In this document: positions 28,426 through 36,629 of the stretch, in pieces
How positions within the stretch are numbered: position 1 is the stretch's first letter
Layout of the letters: every line of letters starts with the position of its first letter
NCBI GenBank assembly: GCA_963838925.1
Contig: CAWISW010000001.1
Span: forward strand, 64,001-128,000
DNA: 64,000 nt
Direction of reading: 5' to 3'
From: an uncultured Nitrososphaerota archaeon
GTDB lineage: Archaea > Thermoproteota > Nitrososphaeria > Nitrososphaerales > Gagatemarchaeaceae
Translations under genes and position numbers: made by a program
Notes under the pieces: generated by a model
Seen by the model: the letters and a program-made list of their open reading frames with translations, nothing else
Database searches by the model: none
Told to the model about the DNA's origin: nothing

Positions 28426-30228
28426 TCAACCGACTTGAAAGACACGCACTTCGCTATTCTCGTAGACCGTGCAGTTATCTTGGCACCCGAGTGTTTGGGG
28501 GGAGAAAGTCAACCAGGGTCGCAATAGGTAAGTGCAGTCAGCCAGCGTTGAATTGTCTGTGACCACGATGAGGGTTGAGTTAACTTGGGAGGCATATTGG
28601 AGCACCACGGATGGTCCAGACGGCGCACAGATTGAGCTAGCGTTCACGTTTTCGAATGAGTGAAACACTGCAGGACCGCCCAACGTCTGCACGAACGCGA
28701 ATCGCCAGTCGCTCACGCTGATTATCGTATCGTTACTCGGGGTGTTCTGGTCAATCCAGACCATTGCTTGGTAGTCAGATTGTTGTTGCAGGTTAGAGGC
28801 TGTCCCTCCGGCAATGAATTGGGCGACGACCTGTCCTGATTGCGAACCCGCCAGAGAGAGAGCGAGAAACAATAGGGCAACCGTCTTGTAAACTGCTGGG
28901 ACCTGTCGCTTGACCTTCTTGTATAACCTGTACGAACGCTGTCTTGTTGCTAGCGCCAGAACGTACGCGGTCATCAGCGTGATAGGCATCAGTGCGACAA
29001 AGGAGAACCGCCACGCAGCCGAAGAGAAGGGGGCGGCCACCAAGATTGGAAGCAACCAGACAAGGAGAAGGGCTGGGCGCCCGCGGTCCCGGACTGCGAG
29101 CACGACGAAGGCGATTACGGAGGCTATTGTCGTGAGAGCGTACGCACTGCCATATACTCCGTTGGCTGCAATCGAGGAGGCGATGTAGCCGAGCACCGGC
29201 CAGAACGATAAATCCTGAGAAACAGGAGCAAGCCCATTGATGGGCCCTCCACTTCCGAGGAAGTTGAGAAGCGAAATAAACGTGCCTTCGAATACTAAAG
29301 CAATCGCAGCGAGAGATATCGAAACGAGAAGGAGCGCTCCAATTCTCTTGATGAAACCAAAGTAGAGCAGGACGGCCGGCATGACAAAGAGAACTGAATA
29401 GTGTGAGAAGAGAGAATTGGCAAATGCTATGCCCAGAATCGCGTATCTTGACGAGGCAGAGGCGCTAAAATTCGACTCCGAAACGTCTATTGATACTCCA
29501 AGGAGCAGCAGCGACGATAGCAGGCCGTAAAAGTTGGGATAAAGGCCTGATCCCAAGACCAGGTTCAGCCAGACGAACCCGGATAGGACGTATATTGCGC
29601 AACCCCAAAGCGGCGCGTTCTTCATTGTCTTGTCTGCAGTCCGGAATATCCTCGAACAGAAGTAGTACAGAATGAAATCACTAATGACTATTAATATCGC
29701 CATCGCAGCACGGACTGCAAACAACATCTGAAGCTCAGAGTCGCCTAAGACGGCAATGGACAGAAGAAAGTGAATTCCATTATAGAATAGCGCGGTGCCG
29801 AAGGCTGGGACGCCGCCGGTGGCAAATTGCGACACATATTGAAGATGGGCTGGAAAGTCAATTGAGTCCAACTGGGGGAAGAACGGATACTGCCAAAAGT
29901 ACAGCGAGAGCACCACTGTCTGAAATGCAACGAGAAGGAGAATTACGGCGTCAGATCTGTCAAACTTCGGGATGCTTGGATTGAACTCACCTCGTAGCAG
30001 CGCATACGCCGCTGGTAAAGATGTCGCCAAAATGAGACAGAGATAGAGGTTGATTGGAAAGAAGCTTCTTAGTGAGTCAATTACGACCCAGTAGGAAAGC
30101 CCCATCCCGAACGCCCTCCCAAGGAAGATGCCCAAGTTGTCATCTTCATCGACAAACCCCAAGATAGAACATACGAGCCAACCCCACAAGAGAATGACCA
30201 AAGGAAAGATGATAAGTTGAATCAGCAA
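28426..30228 (-). CDS. Multi-pass GT-C-like membrane protein (lower-GC paralog of 57225-59024)
   Basis: Many TM segments; DFPAH, GLYPNFYGLLS, SHYS, AWRF, AMVWIDQNTP; TTG start at 30228 inferred from the paralog. Confidence 0.7.
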   Translation of the reverse strand: MLIQLIIFPLVILLWGWLVCSILGFVDEDDNLGIFLGRAFGMGLSYWVVIDSLRSFFPINLYLCLILATSLPAAYALLRGEFNPSIPKFDRSDAVILLLVAFQTVVLSLYFWQYPFFPQLDSIDFPAHLQYVSQFATGGVPAFGTALFYNGIHFLLSIAVLGDSELQMLFAVRAAMAILIVISDFILYYFCSRIFRTADKTMKNAPLWGCAIYVLSGFVWLNLVLGSGLYPNFYGLLSSLLLLGVSIDVSESNFSASASSRYAILGIAFANSLFSHYSVLFVMPAVLLYFGFIKRIGALLLVSISLAAIALVFEGTFISLLNFLGSGGPINGLAPVSQDLSFWPVLGYIASSIAANGVYGSAYALTTIASVIAFVVLAVRDRGRPALLLVWLLPILVAAPFSSAAWRFSFVALMPITLMTAYVLALATRQRSYRLYKKVKRQVPAVYKTVALLFLALSLAGSQSGQVVAQFIAGGTASNLQQQSDYQAMVWIDQNTPSNDTIISVSDWRFAFVQTLGGPAVFHSFENVNASSICAPSGPSVVLQYASQVNSTLIVVTDNSTLADCTYLLRPWLTFSPQTLGCQDNCTVYENSEVRVFQVG

Positions 30229-30811
30229 CCCAAGCCAAGACCCTTTTCGGCGTCTATCACGAATGTGACCCCGGGCGATAAACAACCATGACCTATATTT
30301 CCCTGTATTTCCCTGTATTTCCGCTTTGCAAATGGCCAAAACGGCGACTGCCTCAGTGACCAGTCCATCAAATTCCCTCTACTTCTAGCTCCTTGGCCTC
30401 GCACAACGTCCAATTGCAAGAGGCGAAATCAAGACTGAGTGCCTTCTAAGATAGTTTTTGAATTCGGAATTCGTATCGGTAGTCGAGGAAGTTCTTCCAC
30501 GACATTGATGGCAGGGGAAGAGGAGGATGCGGTTCAAGCTTGAACGAGTATGCGAGGGGGCGGAGAGAAGATTGCTGGACTTGCTGTAGAAGGAAACCTA
30601 TTTCAGTGCAAGTTAGCAGCAATGCCTATCGTGCTTGGTAACCGACGGCCGGTTGCTCAGCCTTTGCCGCCTTCCTGATTGCCTCAGCTGCCTCGACCTT
30701 CGAGATGGCGGGGGCGTGGATTCTTTTGGCAGGTCTCAACTCGCTAATCGCTTCATTGCGACTAAGCCTTAAGTATCCGCCGAAAAGGGCTGGCTTGGGA
30801 GATTTTAACAG

Positions 30812-31213
30812 ATGACCCCGAAGCCATACTTTGTAAAGTTCGAGACCCCGAAAGAGGTCGAGGAAGCAGCCTACGAGGTCCTTAGACAGGCGTCGAGGAC
30901 AGGGAAGGTCAGGAAGGGCACCAACGAGACCACGAAGGCGGTGGAGCGAGGCCTCGCCAAGCTCGTGATAATCGCCGTAGACGTGCAGCCACCGGAGGTC
31001 GTCGCGCACCTGCCGATAATCTGCGACGAGAGGAAGATCCCGTACGTCTTCGTGTCGTCGAAGGACCAGATCGGCCCCGCGATAGGCATCGACGTCTCCA
31101 CGGCAGCGGCCGCGGTGACCGAGGCGGGCGAGGGGCAGGCAATCCTAGACCAAGTGACGCAGGAGCTGGCCAGGGTGAGGGGCGCAGCCCAGACAGCGGC
31201 AGCGAAGGCGTAA
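30812..31213 (+). CDS. rpl7ae: 50S ribosomal protein L7Ae
   Basis: GKVRKGTNETTKAVERG, DVQPPEVVAHLP. Confidence 0.97.
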   Translation: MTPKPYFVKFETPKEVEEAAYEVLRQASRTGKVRKGTNETTKAVERGLAKLVIIAVDVQPPEVVAHLPIICDERKIPYVFVSSKDQIGPAIGIDVSTAAAAVTEAGEGQAILDQVTQELARVRGAAQTAAAKA

Positions 31214-31219
31214 CGATAA

Positions 31220-31447
31220 TTGAGCAGCGGCGGAAGCAGGCAGAGCGCAGAGTCGATAACACCGGCGGAAGTAGTCCAGATAGTCGGCCGCACCGGCGTC
31301 GCAGGCGAGATCACCCAGGTGAGGGTCAAGATCCTCGAAGGCAAGGAGAAGGGGCGCATCCTCACGAGGAACGTCAAGGGGCCGATAAGGATCGCCGACA
31401 TCCTCCTCCTGAGAGACACCGAGCGCGAGGCAAGAAAAATCCGCTAA
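31220..31447 (+). CDS. rps28e: 30S ribosomal protein S28e
   Basis: [25 protein letters not shown]. Confidence 0.97.
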   Translation: MSSGGSRQSAESITPAEVVQIVGRTGVAGEITQVRVKILEGKEKGRILTRNVKGPIRIADILLLRDTEREARKIR

Positions 31448-31471
31448 AATATCGTAACTTTCTGCCTTATT

Positions 31472-32746
31472 TTATGCGATATTTGCGTCAGTATAATTCG
31501 ACGCGGCTCTTGGACTATACGCGCCGCTTCTTTTCGCCCACCGTTGAGCCGCTTCAAATGAAACAAGCAGCTTCTTCGTTCTAGCGATTTCGACAACAAT
31601 CTTGGGTACAGACATTCGTTCTCCCGCGAGTCTCATGATCTCGGATCTAACATCGGGCGGGAGTCTTTCCTTCTTCTCCAGTCTTGGTGTTGTAGCCATG
31701 AGCTCCAGAAGGCTGTATCTAACGGTTCGGATGTGCGGCGAGAAGACCGGGACTCTAAACGAGTTTATCGCCTGAGACTTTACCAAGGAAACAGCTTCTC
31801 TATTTCGAAATCCCTTAAGGCCGAACGTTGCCAGAAGTTTGATAACGAAATCCCAATCTGGGATGACCCAGAATTCGACGGTTTGACTCGCCACGCTTAC
31901 CGATCCGTCCGACTCGGCGATGCCATGAAGCAATCCCAAACGAAACTCGAGGGGAGCATCTAGAGCCCAATTCATCTGCACCGGGTCGTAGGTCGTGTGC
32001 TGACCATCCTTTAGGGCTAGGACCACGTTGAATGTCCAGTCTACGAATGGAGAGGATTGGGAGACCCATTCATAGAAGCCAAAAGGCTTGTCAGCCGGCT
32101 TTGGGACGTCTCTCTTCCGTCCCATGCGTAATCCGAGTTGGTTCGCACAAAGGCTTGTGAAATCCCCAATCTTCACATTTGTTTCGTATCTCTTGCTTAG
32201 GACGACATGAACATTTCTGTGGCCGCGTCCTGGCTTTGGTTTGTGCGCGTCCCCTATGATCATCCCAACGAAGAAGCCGAACAAGTACTCCCGGCTGATT
32301 CCAACAACCGGGGGCCCTGGAGGGACGAGCTTACTCAAGACGTGATCAACGTCACTCCAGGAGGAAATAGCTTCGGGGACTTCAACGAAAGAGCCAATTG
32401 GGTTCGCATACCCATGAGAACATTCCATCGTTAGCCACACGAACCCCTCCCGGGGTTGGCCAAATTCAAGTAGGGCCTTAAGATAGAGACCAAGCTTTGG
32501 CGGCCTAGTCAGCTCCGACCACTCTGTAGCAAGATCTTTCTTGATGTCAATCTTCTCTAGGACGTTCGGCGGAGCACGACTGTTGCGGGAGAGGTTCAGG
32601 ACGTCTACGAACTCGGAGAATAGTCTCACGTCACGAGGAAGCGGTTCGCAACCTTTCCAGAAGAATTTCGTAAAGCCGAGGTCGTCACCGTGCGCAACGA
32701 CGTGGTCAATCATGCGTTGCTCTAGCTCCGCGCCCGCGACGCCCAT
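31472..32746 (-). CDS. Free-standing double-motif LAGLIDADG endonuclease-like protein with HTH-like C-terminus
   Basis: FFVGMIIGDAH and LLHGIAESDGSV motifs; C-terminal EIMRL...MSVPKIVVEI...VSFEAAQRW; lower GC than flanks. Confidence 0.8.
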   Translation of the reverse strand: MGVAGAELEQRMIDHVVAHGDDLGFTKFFWKGCEPLPRDVRLFSEFVDVLNLSRNSRAPPNVLEKIDIKKDLATEWSELTRPPKLGLYLKALLEFGQPREGFVWLTMECSHGYANPIGSFVEVPEAISSWSDVDHVLSKLVPPGPPVVGISREYLFGFFVGMIIGDAHKPKPGRGHRNVHVVLSKRYETNVKIGDFTSLCANQLGLRMGRKRDVPKPADKPFGFYEWVSQSSPFVDWTFNVVLALKDGQHTTYDPVQMNWALDAPLEFRLGLLHGIAESDGSVSVASQTVEFWVIPDWDFVIKLLATFGLKGFRNREAVSLVKSQAINSFRVPVFSPHIRTVRYSLLELMATTPRLEKKERLPPDVRSEIMRLAGERMSVPKIVVEIARTKKLLVSFEAAQRWAKRSGAYSPRAASNYTDANIA

Positions 32747-33049
32747 GCCTTTGACCGTGCGGATTCTATTTAGACACCCACGCGCTTAATCGGCCGACTC
32801 TTCCTTCGTCGCCTCCAAAATCGAATCCCCCGCCCGCCCTCCTTGTCTGACCCCTGACCCAAGCATCCTCGGCCTAGGCAAGGGGACTGGAAGCCACTTT
32901 TTCGATAGAATCACCGCCTCTCTTTGACGCACGTGGAATCCCGCCGTCGGGAGGTGACCCAGCCGACTTTGGTCTCCATCGCTCTCTATATTTATATGCA
33001 CATTCGTCAAGGCTCCGATTCCAAGTCGAGTCACCGGTGATTCATTGAA

Positions 33050-33235
33050 TTGTACACGCCCAAGCGCTGCCACTTTTGCGGGAAGGACGTCCACCTCGGG
33101 ACCGGCATACTCCTCGTGATGAACGACGGGACCTCGAAGAGCTTCTGCTCCAACAAGTGCAAGACGAACGACCTCAAGCTGAAGCGGGACCCGCGCAAGC
33201 TAAAGTGGGCTCGCAGAAACCGGACCACCCGCTAA
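33050..33235 (+). CDS. rpl24e: 50S ribosomal protein L24e
   Basis: CHFCG...GTG...FCSNKC...RDPRKLKW. Confidence 0.96.
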   Translation: MYTPKRCHFCGKDVHLGTGILLVMNDGTSKSFCSNKCKTNDLKLKRDPRKLKWARRNRTTR

Positions 33236-33247
33236 GTGACCGTCACC

Positions 33248-33664
33248 ATGTCGCAGCCAGACCCCAACGAGAAGACCCTCATCGTCGTGAAGCCCGGAGC
33301 GGTCGCCCGAGGGTTCGTGGGCGAGATTCTCGGGAGGTTCGAGAAGCGGGGCATGAAGATACTGCAGCTAAAGTCCCAGACCATGACCAAGGCCAAGGCG
33401 GAGGAGTTCTACAGCGTCCACAAGGAGCGGCCCTTCTTCGGCGAGCTCGTCGCGTCCTTCTCGGGCGGGATGACCGTCGGCGCGGTGATCCAGGGGATGG
33501 ACGCCGTCGCCACCGTCAGGAGGATGGTCGGCGCGACGAAGAGCTGGGAGGCTGCCCCCGGGACGATCCGAGCGGACCTGGCCATCGGGCTGACCGACAA
33601 CGCAATCCACGCCTCCGACTCGAAAGAGTCCTTCGAAAGAGAGAGCAAGGCCTACTTCTCCTGA
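33248..33664 (+). CDS. ndk: Nucleoside diphosphate kinase
   Basis: EKTLIVVKP, PGTIRAD, NAIHASDS. Confidence 0.96.
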   Translation: MSQPDPNEKTLIVVKPGAVARGFVGEILGRFEKRGMKILQLKSQTMTKAKAEEFYSVHKERPFFGELVASFSGGMTVGAVIQGMDAVATVRRMVGATKSWEAAPGTIRADLAIGLTDNAIHASDSKESFERESKAYFS

Positions 33665-33759
33665 CCCGCCAGCCGCTTTCTGCGCGATGACTTTTTTCTA
33701 ACCGCTCGCTAGAAAATAGTTGACGCGCGGCATCTTAGACGTGCGCGGGCAATTGTCCA

Positions 33760-34131
33760 ATGTTCATGGGTCAAATCTCGCGAGCCCTCGCGCTGGAGCA
33801 GGCGGGCGACTACCGGAGTGCGGTCAAATCGTTGATGAGCGTCCTCGATGACATCGAGGCGTCCTCGGAGTGGGACAGCGTCTGCGAATGGATAGCAAGC
33901 TGTTTCGAGAAGATCGGCGAGCACGCCGAGGCAGGGTTCTGGTACGAGACCGCGGGCCAGCTCACCCTCGCAGGCGACTCCTCGCCGGTCCCCCGGAAGA
34001 TATCCTCGGCGCTCTTCTTCGTCCAGAGGGCGTCGGACTGCTACTCGAGGTGTGGAACGGAGGGCGAGATGGCGACCGCCCGGACCAGGGCGATAAGCGT
34101 GGTGTTGGAGAGAGCATGTCCTCCCGCGTGA
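33760..34131 (+). CDS. Small helical TPR/SNAP-like hypothetical protein
   Basis: EQAGDY..A, ASCFEKIGEHAEAGFWYETAG, RASDCY helical-repeat pattern; host-like codon usage. Confidence 0.6.
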   Translation: MFMGQISRALALEQAGDYRSAVKSLMSVLDDIEASSEWDSVCEWIASCFEKIGEHAEAGFWYETAGQLTLAGDSSPVPRKISSALFFVQRASDCYSRCGTEGEMATARTRAISVVLERACPPA

Positions 34132-34231
34132 TGTTCTTCCGCTCGATCGCTCTGCGGCCGAGGCCGAAGCGCCGCAAGACCGGCAACTAGTCCTCACCAG
34201 CCGGTCCCCCCCTCAGCGGGGCTCGGGCGCT

Positions 34232-34801
34232 CTAGTTCTTGGGCTCAGACCCGCTACCGAGGAAGAAGTTGCCGATCTTGGTTATCCTCTCCCTGATGGT
34301 GGTCGCGGTCGTGTCTATCTGGAAGTAGAGGTCGAGCGATTTCAGGGACTGGGGGAAGTTGGGCCCGCGTCCCACCCTCAGGAGGGGTCTCTCGGTGCAG
34401 ACGGCAAGGACGGAGTCGATGAACTTCTTCCCGTCCTCTGGCGACTTGCTAACTGAGCACCGGATGGACAGAATCTCCCCGGTGTCGACGTCCCTGGCCA
34501 TCCAGAGGACTCCCTGGGTTTCACTGTTAAGATAAGCGACGTTCTCCTCGATCGTCACCAGGCGCCTCTTCTTCTCGGGCGTCGGGAGGGCGGCCATGAC
34601 CGCCTTCTGCGCGTCGTGGACCGCGACGTGGGATATCCCACCCAGGAGCTTGGACGCATCTCGTGAAGTGTACCCTGAAGCGCACAGGACCGCTGCCATG
34701 ACCTTCTTTTCCGTGGGAATCCTGCTCCTTTTGATGACGTTCTGGTCCTTCGCCCACGCAGAGAGGAACTCGATTATGGTGGGAGGAGGGGGGCTCGTCA
34801 A
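34232..34801 (-). CDS. Catalytically degenerate IS6-family transposase derivative (HTH retained, DDE lost)
   Basis: RSRIPTEKKV...GYTSRDASKLL..ISHVAVH (IS6-type HTH); LVTIEEN (typically IAVDET), LWMARDVDTGEIL, LLRVGRGP (typically LVD.GPW); third acidic motif and C-terminus absent. Confidence 0.78.
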   Translation of the reverse strand: MTSPPPPTIIEFLSAWAKDQNVIKRSRIPTEKKVMAAVLCASGYTSRDASKLLGGISHVAVHDAQKAVMAALPTPEKKRRLVTIEENVAYLNSETQGVLWMARDVDTGEILSIRCSVSKSPEDGKKFIDSVLAVCTERPLLRVGRGPNFPQSLKSLDLYFQIDTTATTIRERITKIGNFFLGSGSEPKN

Positions 34802-34958
34802 GACCTGTTAAGATAAGGCGCTCCACACTCATTAATGAGCTTTGCGAAATTATTCTCAAAAAAGGGTCCACGAACAGCGTTAAGTTAGCGTTCGGAGGCT
34901 GTTAACTTATCAGAATTCATAACGGTTATCTAGAAATTCCTACCCTAACAGAGACAAG
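34802..34958. promoter_or_regulatory. Divergent promoter region with inverted IS-end-like 13-mers
   Basis: CTGTTAAGATAAG at 34805-34817 (+); CTGTTAGGGTAGG on - strand at 34939-34951; related CTGTTAACTTATCAG 34899-34913; palindrome CTCATTAATGAG 34828-34839. Confidence 0.65.
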
Positions 34959-36014
34959 ATGGAAGTAAGTAACGAAGGAATGGACTTCATAGAAGCCGAA
35001 AAAATCGCAGCAGTCATGCGGATGGCCAAACCTAACGTGACCGTAATTGGTCTCGGAGGAGCCGGAAGCAACATCATCTCCTGGATCAAGGAGAGAGGCA
35101 TCGCCGGCGGCAAACTCATCGCCGCCAACACAGACGCAGCACACCTGAGCATCACCAAGGCGGATCGCAGGATCCTCATTGGAGAGAAGCTCACGCACGG
35201 CCAGGGCGCCGGAGGGTACCCACAGCGCGGTGCGGCAGCAACAAAGGAGTCGATCGACGACTTCCAAAAGGAAACACAAAACAGCAACATCATCTTCCTG
35301 TGCGCGGGCCTCGGAGGAGGCACCGGAACAGGTGCGATCGAGGTCCTCTCAAAGGAACTCGCAAGGCAGGGCCGCCTAGTGATAGGGGTCGTGACTTTGC
35401 CGTTCTCTGTCGAGAGGTTCAGGTACGACAACGCGAAGAACGCTCTCAAGGTTCTCCGCCAGTACTGTGACACCGTCGTCGCAATCGACAACACCAAACT
35501 GTCCAAAGTCGCAGGCGACCTGCCGTTACAGCAGGCGCTGGGCGTTGCCAACGAGCTGGTAGGCCAGTTCGTGAAGGGCATCACCGAGACCATCACCACG
35601 GCCAGTCTCATCAACATCGACTACGCTGACCTCCGCGCCATATGCGAGCGCAAGGGTCTAGCCGCGATCGGTGTCGGAGAGGCAAAGGGCTCTGACAGGG
35701 TTGAGGTCGCGATCAGGCAGGCCATCGAAGGGCAGCTGCTCGACATCAGAGACGTTACCAAGTCGCAAGGGGTACTCGTCCACGTGACAGGCGGCTCGGA
35801 CGTGACGCTGGAGGAGGTCACAAGGGCAGGCGAACTCGTAACAAAGTCGCTACCTCCGAAGGTCAGGATCGTCTGGGGCGCACGCGTAGACCCGTCTCTG
35901 GAAGGCCGTGTAAAGTGCATGGTCATGCTCACTGGCGTGGAGAGCACTTTCCTCGCTCAGCAGCAAGAGTACAGCTTCTCGTTCGGTCCTCTGAAGATCG
36001 GTCCAAAGAGCTAA
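34959..36014 (+). CDS. ftsZ: Cell division protein FtsZ (canonical, FtsZ2-like)
   Basis: IGLGGAGSN, NTD, GQGAGG, GLGGGTGTG, PF..E, LINIDYAD, WGAR, LTGV. Confidence 0.96.
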   Translation: MEVSNEGMDFIEAEKIAAVMRMAKPNVTVIGLGGAGSNIISWIKERGIAGGKLIAANTDAAHLSITKADRRILIGEKLTHGQGAGGYPQRGAAATKESIDDFQKETQNSNIIFLCAGLGGGTGTGAIEVLSKELARQGRLVIGVVTLPFSVERFRYDNAKNALKVLRQYCDTVVAIDNTKLSKVAGDLPLQQALGVANELVGQFVKGITETITTASLINIDYADLRAICERKGLAAIGVGEAKGSDRVEVAIRQAIEGQLLDIRDVTKSQGVLVHVTGGSDVTLEEVTRAGELVTKSLPPKVRIVWGARVDPSLEGRVKCMVMLTGVESTFLAQQQEYSFSFGPLKIGPKS

Positions 36015-36040
36015 AGAGCAAGGGCTGCGAGCCTTTCGCT

Positions 36041-36060
36041 CTCCTTTCCTTTTTATTTTT
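36041..36060 (+). terminator. Oligo-T archaeal terminator after ftsZ
   Basis: CTCCTTTCCTTTTTATTTTT just downstream of the stop. Confidence 0.6.
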
Positions 36061-36148
36061 CACAACCCAGCGGGAGCTGTGGCCGCGTATTCGGCAAGCC
36101 GATCCGACCGCGCAAGGCATAAGTCGGGCCTGCGTCGGCGGGAATTTC

Positions 36149-36562
36149 GTGAGGAGCAGGTCCCTCTCTGCGGCCGCGGCCCTCTCGCTGGCCATCGTCC
36201 TAGCGTCGAGCTTCGCCCAGGCGGCCTCAGCCTCTGTCTTCGTGGGGGGAACGGGCGACTGGACGCTGGTCGGCGATCCTACCGTGCAGACCTTAGGGGC
36301 GTCCCAGGCGGCTGAGCTCACCTACGAGAACCACCTGGCAACTCCCGTGTTGGGGGTGGTCATCATGGTCCTGCACAACAACATCGGCCAGACCGTGTAC
36401 TACACCACGGCGACGATCAATCTCAACTCCAGCTCCTACGGGACGGTCTTCCTCGTCGAGTATGGGGTGAATCCCGGTGTCTACAACGCGACCTTCTTCG
36501 CGTTCAGTGTCGCTGGGATTGCGATCTCCAATTGTGCGGAGACGTCCTTCCCGGCTCGGTGA
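36149..36562 (+). CDS. Small secreted protein = stand-alone homolog of the S-layer protein C-terminal domain
   Basis: Signal peptide; LHNNIGQTVYYTTATI...YGVNPGVYNATFF...GIAIS aligns with VHNAAGQTVDISTATI...YGLPSGTYSVTLF...GTAIS at the end of 59228-62635. Confidence 0.78.
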   Translation: MRSRSLSAAAALSLAIVLASSFAQAASASVFVGGTGDWTLVGDPTVQTLGASQAAELTYENHLATPVLGVVIMVLHNNIGQTVYYTTATINLNSSSYGTVFLVEYGVNPGVYNATFFAFSVAGIAISNCAETSFPAR

Positions 36563-36629
36563 CGCTGAAAAAAGCGAAGCAAGGGATAATTAGTAGTGGG
36601 TTCCCCATAACCCTGAATGCTGATTTCGC

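Noticed and set aside
30295-30322. Short tandem repeat TATTTCCCTG as a CRISPR or phase-variation element
   Set aside because: Fewer than three units, no spacers, and upstream of the likely start codon.
30790-30826. L7Ae autoregulatory kink-turn around the rpl7ae start
   Set aside because: Partial pairing (GGCTT/AAGCC) and GA steps exist, but I could not build a canonical k-turn by eye; needs a covariance model.
31472-32746. Intein or intron-encoded endonuclease
   Set aside because: No N-terminal Cys/Ser block, no terminal HN, no interrupted host gene; it is antisense and intergenic.
32786-33094. 102-aa minus-strand ORF
   Set aside because: Overlaps rpl24e and its TATA-containing promoter; no recognisable motifs.
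34232-34958. Active IS6 insertion sequence
   Set aside because: Catalytic residues are altered, the C-terminus is truncated, and no inverted repeat or target duplication is seen beyond the stop codon.
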